Virus record (IMG/VR): IMGVR_UViG_3300013212_000072
Span: 1 to 64,000 of that record
Direction: 5' to 3' (one strand)
Length of the DNA: 64,000 bases
Source of the DNA: a virus
The notes below the pieces were generated by a model, which saw nothing but the letters and a program-made list of their open reading frames with translations, was not told the origin of the DNA and ran no database searches. The position numbers and the translations under genes were made by a program. The stretch's first letter is position 1, and every line of letters begins with the position of its first letter. Shown piece after piece: positions 26,128 through 35,311 of this stretch.

Positions 26128-26388
26128 ATGAGTTACACAAGATTTGATAGACAAGAAAACATGGTTGCAGAAACTAGAACTGAAATTATGGGAATCATTA
26201 GAGAAATTGGAGACAATGATTACTCTAGAAACCTAGAAAATATGATGTATGGTTTATTTGATGGATATTTATACGCTGAAATTCAAATTGAAGCCCTTCA
26301 ATTACCTACCGAACTGGCTTCAAAAGTTATGAGAATCTTCGATATCTGTAACCGTTATCCTAAATACGAACCTCAAACAAATTATTAA
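26128..26388 (+). CDS. Early hypothetical protein
   Basis: 86 aa ORF behind an early promoter. Confidence 0.7.
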   Translation: MSYTRFDRQENMVAETRTEIMGIIREIGDNDYSRNLENMMYGLFDGYLYAEIQIEALQLPTELASKVMRIFDICNRYPKYEPQTNY

Positions 26389-26389
26389 G

Positions 26390-26521
26390 ATGAAAACTTT
26401 TAAAAAAAGATTTGATTTTCTTTGGATTCCGAGTTATCCGGGAATGTTAACTTTAATGTGGATGTGCATATTATTTGCAATTGCAGAAATTATAACTATA
26501 GTATTAATATTGATAAATTAA
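26390..26521 (+). CDS. Small membrane peptide (43 aa, not in the ORF track)
   Basis: MKTFKKRFDFLWIPSYPGMLTLMWMCILFAIAEIITIVLILIN*. Confidence 0.5.
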   Translation: MKTFKKRFDFLWIPSYPGMLTLMWMCILFAIAEIITIVLILIN

Positions 26522-26525
26522 ATAA

Positions 26526-26837
26526 ATGGAAACTTTCAAAAAAATAGAAGTAGTAAAAAACTTAGTTGCAAAATATCTTAAGGAAAACGGCGAACATGCT
26601 GGACTAAGCGAATTAGATTGTCAAAATGCGCATATTGTCGAAATAGGAACATCAATCTTATGTACCAAATGGCAAGTTGGATATGCTGGAGGTGGATTCG
26701 TTCAAGCAGTTGTAGATAACGATTTACAAGGTGCTATTGGTAGAGCAGATGGTACTAGTATTCGGGCTCTTAAATTCTATTGTCAATTAATGTATAATGT
26801 CGGGATGCCTTACTTTAATGAGGAACTATTAAAATAA
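26526..26837 (+). CDS. Hypothetical protein
   Basis: 103 aa with GGFVQAVVDNDL.GA..RAD. Confidence 0.7.
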   Translation: METFKKIEVVKNLVAKYLKENGEHAGLSELDCQNAHIVEIGTSILCTKWQVGYAGGGFVQAVVDNDLQGAIGRADGTSIRALKFYCQLMYNVGMPYFNEELLK

Positions 26838-26844
26838 TAAAAAC

Positions 26845-27231
26845 ATGGACATAAAAAATTTTAAATGTAATGGCATTAGTCTTAATTCAAATGCCGATAA
26901 AGTAAAACCCTTTATTCAAACTGCAATATCTTTATATAGAATGAGAAACTCTTCTCATGAGATAATTGAAAAACTGGTACAAAATAATCCTAAGTATGAT
27001 TATTACCCTGGCACTAGATTTTCTAACAATGAAGCAATTGCTATTCGAATATGCTCAGGTCTTGTAGAATTAGCTTTAAATTCTGGCAAACAAGATAATA
27101 CAATTGAAGAGAATATCGAATCATTTGTGAATTCTCTATCTGGCACAGAACTAGACCAGATAATTTTAGAAGCTATGCGAGATTGTGCAAGTGCCGACCA
27201 CTGGTATGCTTTTGAAAAAGAATGGGATTAA
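26845..27231 (+). CDS. Hypothetical protein
   Basis: 128 aa ORF. Confidence 0.65.
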   Translation: MDIKNFKCNGISLNSNADKVKPFIQTAISLYRMRNSSHEIIEKLVQNNPKYDYYPGTRFSNNEAIAIRICSGLVELALNSGKQDNTIEENIESFVNSLSGTELDQIILEAMRDCASADHWYAFEKEWD

Positions 27232-27260
27232 ACTTTTTAAATTAACTTAATATAAAATAC

Positions 27261-28169
27261 ATGGGAGCTAACTACGGATATTGTTGTATAAATCTAACTC
27301 TAGACAAGAGTGGTATTAAAATCGGGCGTTCAATGATTAAAAAGACCTTTGACGCAAAAGGTATCAAATACGCTGGAGAACTTGCCGAGGCAAATATCCG
27401 TGACATGATAGAAATTATTAAATGGAATCATAAAAACGGTGTTACATTATATCGTATGTCCTCTAGTATGTTTCCATGGATGTCAGAATACGAGCTTACT
27501 GATTTGCCAAATTGGTCAACAATTTCAAATCTACTAAAGGGTGCTGGCACACTAGTGCAAAAATACGGACAGCGTGTTGGTTTTCATCCTGGACAGTTTT
27601 GTGTACTTCCAAGTCCAAATCAAAAAACCGTAGACAATTCTATTAAAGAACTCGACCAACATGCATTTATTCTTGATACTATGGGTCTACCGGTTAATCA
27701 ACAATACTCTATGAATATTCATGTTGGTGGTTCTTACGGAGATAAAGAAGCTGCAATCCTAAGATTCATTGAAAACTTTAAATTGTTATCTCCTTCTGCA
27801 CAGTCTCGTTTAATCCTTGAAAACGACGATAAACCTGCGCAATATTCGGTAAGCGACCTTTACCGAATCTATCAAGCGGTTGGTACGCCTATCACCTTTG
27901 ATTACCATCACCATCGATGTTACAATGACCCGATGTCCGAACAAGATGCTCTTCTTTTGGCAGCTCGTACTTGGCCTAAAGGTATTCGCCAATTGTGTCA
28001 CTACTCAAGCGCTAAAAAATTACACGAGGATGCTTCTGTTATTATAAGAGCACATGCTGATTATTTGTATGAATTTATTGATACTTACGGTATGGAAATA
28101 GACATTGAACTTGAAGTAAAAATGAAAGAGCTAGCTTTATTAAAATATTTTAAAGATTACTTACATTAA
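27261..28169 (+). CDS. uvsE: UV-damage endonuclease UvsE/UVDE with a replacement C-terminus
   Basis: GYCC, YRMSS, HPGQF, NIHVGG, LENDD, FDYHHH, HYS, HAD and E.K.KE. Confidence 0.92.
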   Translation: MGANYGYCCINLTLDKSGIKIGRSMIKKTFDAKGIKYAGELAEANIRDMIEIIKWNHKNGVTLYRMSSSMFPWMSEYELTDLPNWSTISNLLKGAGTLVQKYGQRVGFHPGQFCVLPSPNQKTVDNSIKELDQHAFILDTMGLPVNQQYSMNIHVGGSYGDKEAAILRFIENFKLLSPSAQSRLILENDDKPAQYSVSDLYRIYQAVGTPITFDYHHHRCYNDPMSEQDALLLAARTWPKGIRQLCHYSSAKKLHEDASVIIRAHADYLYEFIDTYGMEIDIELEVKMKELALLKYFKDYLH

Positions 28170-28231
28170 AATCAATAAATTTCAATAAGTAAGGTAAGGC
28201 AAAAGATATATAAAGTAAAGTAAAATAAACT

Positions 28232-29002
28232 ATGTATACTAGAAACTGTCCTACGTGCAATAAAGAAATTTCATATTCAAATAAAGGTAATGCAGATAGA
28301 GCTATAAATGGTAAAAAGGTTTGTAAATCATGCTCGGTTAAACTTAGAAATAATGACAAAACATATTTAAACAAAATATCTGAATCTAGAAAAAAATACT
28401 TTAAAGAATTGTCTGAAGAAGATAAAGAAATTTGGAAGTCTAATAACTCAAAAGCTCAAAAGAAAGCATGGGAGAATAAAAGTGATGAAGACAGAGAAAA
28501 ATATGCAAAAAATGTAAGTGAACAATCAAAAGAAAGATGGAGTGACCCTGATTATACAGAAAGAGTTTCAACATCTATGAAAGAAAACCCATGGCCTAAA
28601 AATAAAACTCCTGAAGAAATTATTGAAATAAATAAAAGAACAACCACTACTAAATATGAAAAGTACGGAACATTATTTCCAGGAGGAGGAAACAAACAAA
28701 AGAAAACTATAATAAAAGGATTGATATGTGAAAGTTCATTTGAGTTAAAATATATTGAATCTTTAATTTCTAAAAATATAGAGTTGCCAAAAAATGCAAA
28801 ACGTATTGAAACTCCATTTGGATATTATACTCCAGATTTTGAATATGAAGACAGATTTATAGAAATAAAGTGTGAGTTTACCTATAAGGTTTTAATTGGA
28901 GAATCTTCATTTAGTAAAAGTGGAAATTATAATCCAAAGCAATTAAATAAAATAAAGTGGGTTAGTGAAAATATTAAAAATGTAGAAATAATAGTTCTTT
29001 AG
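28232..29002 (+). mobile_element. Putative free-standing homing endonuclease (Zn ribbon, NUMOD-like helices, PD-(D/E)XK domain)
   Basis: CPTC...CKSC, basic repeats, and C-terminal SSFE...YTPDF...IEIK. Confidence 0.7.
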
Positions 29003-29064
29003 CAAAATCAAAAGAATTGGCTCTTCAAAAATACCAAAAAGAATATATACTCTGTGAAAAATAA
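29002..29064 (+). pseudogene. Stranded original 3' end of uvsE
   Basis: AKSKELALQKYQKEYILCEK* versus the current end VKMKELALLKYFKDYLH*. Confidence 0.75.
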
Positions 29065-29371
29065 AACAATTGAGTTAGACAAACTAAAAAAGGAAGTTAA
29101 CCTATTTTTAGAGGCTCTTAAAAAAGAGGGCATTGAAACAAAATCAATGTCTAAACTTTTAACAACATGTGTTATAGAACGCAGACCTTTAACTGATGAA
29201 GAGGGTAAGAAGTTTGCAAATCAATTAAAAAATCTGGTTAAGACTCTTGGACTGGCAACAATAATCCTAATGCCAGGAGGTTCAATATTCTTTATATTAA
29301 TACACTATCTTAAACTTCGAGACTACTTTCTTTCAGACAGTTTTAATTATTTAAAAAATAAAGATATATAA
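29054..29371 (+). CDS. LETM1-like small membrane protein
   Basis: ANQLKNLVKTLGLATIILMPGG resembles bacterial LETM1-related proteins. Confidence 0.5.
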   Translation: MKNKTIELDKLKKEVNLFLEALKKEGIETKSMSKLLTTCVIERRPLTDEEGKKFANQLKNLVKTLGLATIILMPGGSIFFILIHYLKLRDYFLSDSFNYLKNKDI

Positions 29372-29397
29372 AATCTAAACAAAAATACAAATATATT

Positions 29398-29880
29398 ATG
29401 GCAAGTATTAAAAGATTCGAAGAATTTGTCTCAGAAATGGACAGAGCCGAAGAAATAGAAGCAGACGTTGTTGCTAAAGGAACTCCTGATGTTAAATCTG
29501 AAGAAGAAACAGAAGAGGAAGCAGAAGAGGTTCAAGGATTAGACGAAGCTGTCGAAGCAAACATTGGAGATGACGCTGAAGAAATTAAAGAAGAGACTAA
29601 ACCTGTTTCAGAACTATTAAAAGATTGCTACGAGGCAGTTATTGCAGAGGCTAAAGCATGGGAAGAAGATGCGCACGATGAGCATACTGTAGAAACATAT
29701 ATGGCTGAAAATGCAGCACTTGTTGCAGGTATGGCAGCTAATTGTGTTAAAGAAATGAAAAAAGACATGGCTTCTGAAGCATATGAAGCATGCTTAAACA
29801 AAATGAGCGAGGCTTTCAGTAAGAAAATTAATGAAAATAAAGAGGCCACTGCAGCTACAGACGCTGAAGATATTAAATAA
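29398..29880 (+). CDS. Acidic internal head / scaffold-like protein
   Basis: MASIKRFEEFVSE N-terminus, very Glu-rich; GATATATA at 29363. Confidence 0.5.
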   Translation: MASIKRFEEFVSEMDRAEEIEADVVAKGTPDVKSEEETEEEAEEVQGLDEAVEANIGDDAEEIKEETKPVSELLKDCYEAVIAEAKAWEEDAHDEHTVETYMAENAALVAGMAANCVKEMKKDMASEAYEACLNKMSEAFSKKINENKEATAATDAEDIK

Positions 29881-29908
29881 TAAATCCGGTCCAACCGGTA
29901 AACTAAAT

Positions 29909-29947
29909 AAAAAGTCTATATATAATAAACATATATAGACTTTTTTT
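29909..29947 (+). terminator. Terminator hairpin overlapping a middle promoter
   Basis: AAAAAGTCTATATAT...ATATATAGACTTTTTTT. Confidence 0.6.
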
Positions 29948-30463
29948 ATGCCAAAAATTCCGACAGAGATAATTTATATGCAGTGCGCATATCAGTTCGC
30001 AAAACTTAGTTATGCTGAACGCAGAAAGGTAGGATGTGTTATTGTTAAAGACAAACAAGTAATTTCATTTGGCTACAATGGTACTCCCCATGGATTCGAA
30101 AATGAATGCGAAGATATTGAAACTAGGCATTATGATAATCCAGCCGCTGCCGAAATGTTAGAAGATATGGGTTGGACAATTCCCCATGACAATAGCTGCA
30201 CGTGCTATAGAAGTATTACTAAACGAGAAGTCTTACACGCAGAATCCAATGCAATTATGAAAGTTGCAAAATCTACAATGAGTTGTGAAGGAGCTGATTT
30301 ATATACTACAACATGCCCATGTTTTGATTGCGCAAAATTAATTATACAAGCTGGAATTAAAAAGGTATACTACACCGAAGATTATAGAGATATGAGTGGT
30401 GTTGAACTACTTAAAAGAGCAGAAATTGAAGTTGAACAAGTAATAACATGGAATGAGCATTAA
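29948..30463 (+). CDS. dCMP deaminase
   Basis: VGCVI, GYNG.P, HAESNA and PCFDCAK. Confidence 0.92.
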   Translation: MPKIPTEIIYMQCAYQFAKLSYAERRKVGCVIVKDKQVISFGYNGTPHGFENECEDIETRHYDNPAAAEMLEDMGWTIPHDNSCTCYRSITKREVLHAESNAIMKVAKSTMSCEGADLYTTTCPCFDCAKLIIQAGIKKVYYTEDYRDMSGVELLKRAEIEVEQVITWNEH

Positions 30464-30653
30464 TAATATATTTGTCCCGGCAAAGAAAGAGTTAAAACAA
30501 TTTCTTAAAGATAATGGCAGTGAACTATTTTATGTAAGATATGTGAAAAACGTCGATGCATTAATTGGTAGTTCAAAGTCTGTAGATTACATAGATAAAT
30601 TTAAAAACAAATATCGAAATGAAAGTGATTCAGTCTTTTTTGAATTGGACTAA
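30453..30653 (+). CDS. Hypothetical protein
   Basis: 66 aa, coupled in the operon. Confidence 0.55.
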   Translation: MSINNIFVPAKKELKQFLKDNGSELFYVRYVKNVDALIGSSKSVDYIDKFKNKYRNESDSVFFELD

Positions 30654-30699
30654 GAAACATTTTTTCAAAAAGCAATATAATTATAAAAATACATTAAAA

Positions 30700-31224
30700 A
30701 TGGAACTAGTGAAAGACACTGTAAAAAAATATCAATGGAAAGCTGGAGATGACTTTGGTAAAATAGTTGAAGTCGAATCAAAAGATGGAGAATTTACAAA
30801 CTTCACAGATGGTAGTAGAATATTTAATGAAGTTTTACCTGAATTTCTAGAAGAAATTATAGATGGTGTAATTCCACTTCCAGGAATAGATCAATTATCT
30901 GGAATGGCGCAAGGAATTAAAGTAACTCAAAACAAAAAACCAGCAGATACTAAAATAGTCCATGTTGAACCTAAAGAGTCTCCGTTAGAACAATTAGTTA
31001 ACAAACTTTCTAAAAAGAACGTTGAACCCTTTGAAGCTAAAATTAATCTAAACATACCAAATAAAAAGGTATTTGAGATGCTAATAGATAATGCAGATGA
31101 AGATAGAGAAGAATTAATTAAGACCATTGCAAAAGTGGCAGTGTCTCAAATCGAGATACATAAACTACAAGAATATTTAACTGAAGAAGTATCAATTTTT
31201 ATAAACAATTACTATAATGACTAA
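30700..31224 (+). CDS. Hypothetical protein
   Basis: The ATG at 30700 follows the AAAC-N16-ATATAA promoter at 30655. Confidence 0.7.
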   Translation: MELVKDTVKKYQWKAGDDFGKIVEVESKDGEFTNFTDGSRIFNEVLPEFLEEIIDGVIPLPGIDQLSGMAQGIKVTQNKKPADTKIVHVEPKESPLEQLVNKLSKKNVEPFEAKINLNIPNKKVFEMLIDNADEDREELIKTIAKVAVSQIEIHKLQEYLTEEVSIFINNYYND

Positions 31225-31609
31225 AACAGAAACGGTCTCTAGAAGACAAAGAAGAGCTCAATTGAAAGCAATGGGTTATCTAAAAATTAAAAACATGTTA
31301 AATCCACTTTCTCCTGAAGGTAGAGAATTACGCGAAACTCTTCGTTCAAATTCTAAAGCAACAACAGAAGCTTTTGAAAAAAGAATGATGGAACAATTAG
31401 AAGAGCAATTAGCACAAAAAGCTGAAAGTAGAAAAGAAACCTGGAAGCAAATTGGTTATAATGATGCAGAAATTGAAATGCTAAGCGAGGCATTTTTTAC
31501 ATTGACTGTTAAAAATAAACAAACTCTTAGAGAGGACAAAAAAGCGGCTAGAAAACTAATGAAAGACGCTAAAGATTCATTAATGCAAAGAGTAAATGCA
31601 AACAGTTAA
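31217..31609 (+). CDS. Basic helical hypothetical protein
   Basis: 130 aa, coupled in the operon. Confidence 0.65.
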   Translation: MTKTETVSRRQRRAQLKAMGYLKIKNMLNPLSPEGRELRETLRSNSKATTEAFEKRMMEQLEEQLAQKAESRKETWKQIGYNDAEIEMLSEAFFTLTVKNKQTLREDKKAARKLMKDAKDSLMQRVNANS

Positions 31610-31931
31610 GATAACACTAGCAGACAACGGTGTTATTAAAACGGTAGTAGATGATAATATTAATGCTGGAGGGGAAAGTTATGAATCAACAGTAGTATAT
31701 GATTTTTCTGACCAAATTTCCAAAATTAAATTCATTGAAGACCTTTGCATCGACATAGGTCTTTCTTTTGGTAATTCCAAAAGTAAAAACCAAATCAAAA
31801 TTATTGAATCATGGGGAGTTGATTATATTCCGAATGATAAAGATAAAAATGAAAAAATAGAAGCTATTAAGTCCGATCTTAAGAGATTATCGGGTGGCAA
31901 GTTAACAGTTAATGAACAACCTACAAATTGA
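31596..31931 (+). CDS. Hypothetical protein
   Basis: 111 aa with I..ADNG.I. Confidence 0.65.
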   Translation: MQTVKITLADNGVIKTVVDDNINAGGESYESTVVYDFSDQISKIKFIEDLCIDIGLSFGNSKSKNQIKIIESWGVDYIPNDKDKNEKIEAIKSDLKRLSGGKLTVNEQPTN

Positions 31932-32319
31932 TTGCATTTGGTGCCCATCACGAAGAGATTTTAACAGGTTTATTAAAGGTACAATAAAAGAGTCGACTAA
32001 AATAATTGACTTTTTTAGTATTAAAAATAAACTTATTAAAGCTGACCCGTACTGCGGAGACCCGAATGACTCAATCATTGGATTAACAATAATAAATGAA
32101 ATTACGCGATGCTTACGTTCCGATACAAAGGATGTAGATCGCGTAATTTATGTTTTTAGAAACCTTGATTATGATATTATAAGCAACTTCAAAACATTAA
32201 TTCAAACAAATACTGAAAGAGAACTTCAAATCTCTTTAATCGTCATCGATAAACATAAAATTATTGATGATACAGTATCATCTCAATTCGACAGTATTCA
32301 ACTAATACAAAATGATTAG
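31912..32319 (+). CDS. Hypothetical protein
   Basis: 135 aa, coupled in the operon. Confidence 0.65.
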   Translation: MNNLQIDCIWCPSRRDFNRFIKGTIKESTKIIDFFSIKNKLIKADPYCGDPNDSIIGLTIINEITRCLRSDTKDVDRVIYVFRNLDYDIISNFKTLIQTNTERELQISLIVIDKHKIIDDTVSSQFDSIQLIQND

Positions 32320-32899
32320 ACATAAACTTTTTTCAAAGGGTGAATACATCAATGTTCTAATAACTAATAATAGATATAGCAATATTGTTTTCCCTGTTAA
32401 AGCAATAATCCACGATATTGAGTTTAACGATAAAATGCCCAGATATCAGATTAGAATTGTTAAATTTTATGATGACATAGACTTTCTTAAAAGATACATG
32501 TTTGATATGAAATTTGACCGCTCATTTGAGGGTGGACATACCATCTTTAGAATTTCCAGAACAAATATCCCAAGTGTAAAAGAACTTCAGAACTATATTG
32601 ATTCAAAGTGGGAAACCTTCTTAATAGTTGTAGACTCTGTGATGTGCGTTAGAACTTATGATGAACTTAATGAGTTACAGAACAACATCCAAGACTTCTT
32701 AGTTGAAAAGTCTATTAGAGACCTTTATGAACTTACATCTCGGTCAACATATTCAAAGGGTAAATATTATTATGAAAGTCGAGGAGTATTTGAAGCACAT
32801 ATTAAAAAGTTTCTAGACAAAAGAGCCGGAACCCAAAAGGATTATTTTGATAAATTATTGTATAGACCTCTATCTATTGACTACGATAATTTAGAATAG
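32312..32899 (+). CDS. Hypothetical protein
   Basis: 195 aa, coupled in the operon. Confidence 0.65.
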   Translation: MIRHKLFSKGEYINVLITNNRYSNIVFPVKAIIHDIEFNDKMPRYQIRIVKFYDDIDFLKRYMFDMKFDRSFEGGHTIFRISRTNIPSVKELQNYIDSKWETFLIVVDSVMCVRTYDELNELQNNIQDFLVEKSIRDLYELTSRSTYSKGKYYYESRGVFEAHIKKFLDKRAGTQKDYFDKLLYRPLSIDYDNLE

Positions 32900-32910
32900 C
32901 CAGTTTCTAT

Positions 32911-32918
32911 GATATATA
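32911..32918 (+). promoter_or_regulatory. Putative late promoter GATA(T/A/G)ATA (representative copy)
   Basis: Also at 3827, 16495, 23243, 25010, 28205, 29363, 38823, 42423, 43319, 43994 and 57725, ahead of structural, internal-protein and endonuclease genes; resembles the T4 late promoter TATAAATA. Confidence 0.65.
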
Positions 32919-32942
32919 CTTAAACAAATATATTTAATAGGA

Positions 32943-34820
32943 ATGGCTGGAGAAAAAGGCTGGTTTGATAAAGCAAAAGAAAAGGTTGGATCTGCGTTTA
33001 AAACTACTAAAGATTCCTCAATAGGAAAGGGTTTTATTAACATTGTTAAAAATGTAACTGGATTTGACCTTGAAAATTTAGATGGAACAAATCCCGATGG
33101 GGTGCATTCTGGATCTGATAATTTGTATAGAAGACCTGTTGGAGCTAATAAAAAAAATCCAGATCTAACACAGTTACGAGCCGCGGCGCAGGATGCTCCT
33201 TTTGCAATAACAGGTTCGAAAACAGGTTCTAAATACTATACTGAAATTGTTGATTCTGAAATATATACATCAACTTCTCCAACATCAAAAGGCAAACGGT
33301 TTGATGTTGGCAAAAAACCATATTCTCATTTTAATAAATATTCGCTGATTAACTATAGAGGTACTCCGCTAGACATAACGCCAAATGGATTTGAATCTAA
33401 TATTGGAGGAAATACGGTTTATCAAAAAATAGATATGCAGACTCTTCAAAATCCAACGGTAACTCAGATTATAGAAAGAACTTCAGCAATTGCTATTGGA
33501 ACTGGAAAAGATGCACAAACTGCTGATAATTATGCATACAGATACCAATATTCAGATTTTGCACTAGCAAAATACTACGGCAAAATACCAAACAATATGC
33601 TTATTACTCTTCGTAGATTTGCATACCCTGCTCCTGACGATATTATAACTCCAAAAGGTTTACATAAAGATGGAAAAACTATGGTAAGCATTCAACAGCC
33701 GGATATTGCGAGAGCAGTAACATGGATTGGTGAAGCACCTGGAAATGCAATTGGAGAAATAATAAAATTTAAAAATGGATTTGGATGGGATGAAGCAGAA
33801 TCTCAGGCACAAGAGATAACTTCAAAACAACAAGCCGCTTCAGGATCTTTTGGAAATGCTGTTCAAAGCAATATGATACTGTCTGCAATGGCCAACGCAG
33901 GTGCAGGTAGAGATGCAGTTGCATCAAATATGAATAAACAAAATGCAGGATATGATTCGTTTAAAGAAACATATCCAAATCATGTTTTTGGTCCATTAAA
34001 TGTTATTAAAAAAGTATTAATTAGAAAGCAGGGTCTTGAATTTGACCAAACATTTACACTTAAGTTTGAATATGAATTAAGAGCATTTGAAGGAGCAAAC
34101 CCTAAAATTATGATGCTGGACCAACTTGCAAATATTTTGGCATTAACATATAACAATGCTCCTTTTTGGGGAGGATCTGTTAGATATATTAGTGATGGGG
34201 CGGTTGCAAAACCATTAGGTAATCTAGAAAAACTTCGAGAAGGAGATTATCTTGGATTTGCTGGAAGCATTGCTGATGATATGAGTAAAATGTTCACTGG
34301 AGTTGGTGCTGGTGTTGGAGGTGCTGTAGGAGCATTAATGAGAGGCGACTTTAGCGCTGCACTAGGAGCTCTTAAGGATAATAAGTTTTTAAATAATCTT
34401 ATTGGAGGTGCTGCAATGGAAATGTTTAATACTCCGCAAGGATCTATGGCAGTTCAGTCATTGCTTACTGGTGACCCCACCGGACAATGGCATGTAACTA
34501 TAGGTAATCCTCTTAATCCAATAATGGTGATTGGAAATTTATGCATGCAAGATTGTGAAATTACATTTTCAGGTGGCATGGGAATTCAAGATTTTCCAGA
34601 ACACATGTCTGTTGTTATTACATTAAAACCAGGTCGACCAAGAGATAAAGCTGAAATTGAATCAATGTTTAACTCAGGAAGAGGTCGTTTTTATGTTCAA
34701 CCTGATGATACTGCTGATATTAACAAAACAGTGGATGTTAGTGCATATGGAAATAAGGATAGAAAAGGATCTGGTACAGATACATTCATAAACAATTTTA
34801 GAAAATTAAGCAACGGATAA
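32943..34820 (+). CDS. Virion structural protein (baseplate/tail-tube-initiator-like)
   Basis: First gene of the late structural operon; C-terminal WHVTIGNP.NPI..IGNL...FP....V.ITLK. Confidence 0.5.
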   Translation: MAGEKGWFDKAKEKVGSAFKTTKDSSIGKGFINIVKNVTGFDLENLDGTNPDGVHSGSDNLYRRPVGANKKNPDLTQLRAAAQDAPFAITGSKTGSKYYTEIVDSEIYTSTSPTSKGKRFDVGKKPYSHFNKYSLINYRGTPLDITPNGFESNIGGNTVYQKIDMQTLQNPTVTQIIERTSAIAIGTGKDAQTADNYAYRYQYSDFALAKYYGKIPNNMLITLRRFAYPAPDDIITPKGLHKDGKTMVSIQQPDIARAVTWIGEAPGNAIGEIIKFKNGFGWDEAESQAQEITSKQQAASGSFGNAVQSNMILSAMANAGAGRDAVASNMNKQNAGYDSFKETYPNHVFGPLNVIKKVLIRKQGLEFDQTFTLKFEYELRAFEGANPKIMMLDQLANILALTYNNAPFWGGSVRYISDGAVAKPLGNLEKLREGDYLGFAGSIADDMSKMFTGVGAGVGGAVGALMRGDFSAALGALKDNKFLNNLIGGAAMEMFNTPQGSMAVQSLLTGDPTGQWHVTIGNPLNPIMVIGNLCMQDCEITFSGGMGIQDFPEHMSVVITLKPGRPRDKAEIESMFNSGRGRFYVQPDDTADINKTVDVSAYGNKDRKGSGTDTFINNFRKLSNG

Positions 34821-35311
34821 TGGAGTTTTATACACTAAATAGTAAAAAAATAGTAAATGATAAATTTAAGTTTACCAAGCCTACTCTTGTATTTTTAAAT
34901 ACAAATGAGACTATTGCAGAGCATACAGTAACTGAGGATCAGGTTGGTAGAATTGATTTAATTTCACTACTATATTATAGAAGTGCAGATTATTGTGATT
35001 ATATATTAAAATGGAATGGAATTTCAAATCCATTCTGTTTAAAACTTGGAGATGTTATTAACATTCCAAATCATAGAAATTCAATTCAAAGTATTACAGA
35101 AATTAAAGTCTTAAATACAACAAATGAGCCTTCAATTAGAGACCAGTTTGTCGATACTAAAAGACTTTCGGTTAAAGATGCTGCACGAATTGAGTATCTA
35201 CAAAGAAAAGCTACACAAAAACCAAATGGAGCAAAACAAATTTTACCTCCAAATATCTTAAAAGAAGGAGACACTAATATTAAAATCGGTAACGGTCAAA
35301 TTGTAATCTAA
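34820..35311 (+). CDS. Baseplate wedge protein, LysM-like (T4 gp53-like)
   Basis: GRIDLIS..YY......ILKWNGISNPF..K.GD.I.IP. Confidence 0.7.
   Translation: MEFYTLNSKKIVNDKFKFTKPTLVFLNTNETIAEHTVTEDQVGRIDLISLLYYRSADYCDYILKWNGISNPFCLKLGDVINIPNHRNSIQSITEIKVLNTTNEPSIRDQFVDTKRLSVKDAARIEYLQRKATQKPNGAKQILPPNILKEGDTNIKIGNGQIVI

Noticed and set aside
28135-28232. Antisense switch upstream of the uvsE endonuclease
   Set aside because: Only short AT-rich complementarity (TTACTTAC, TTTATT); too weak to support.
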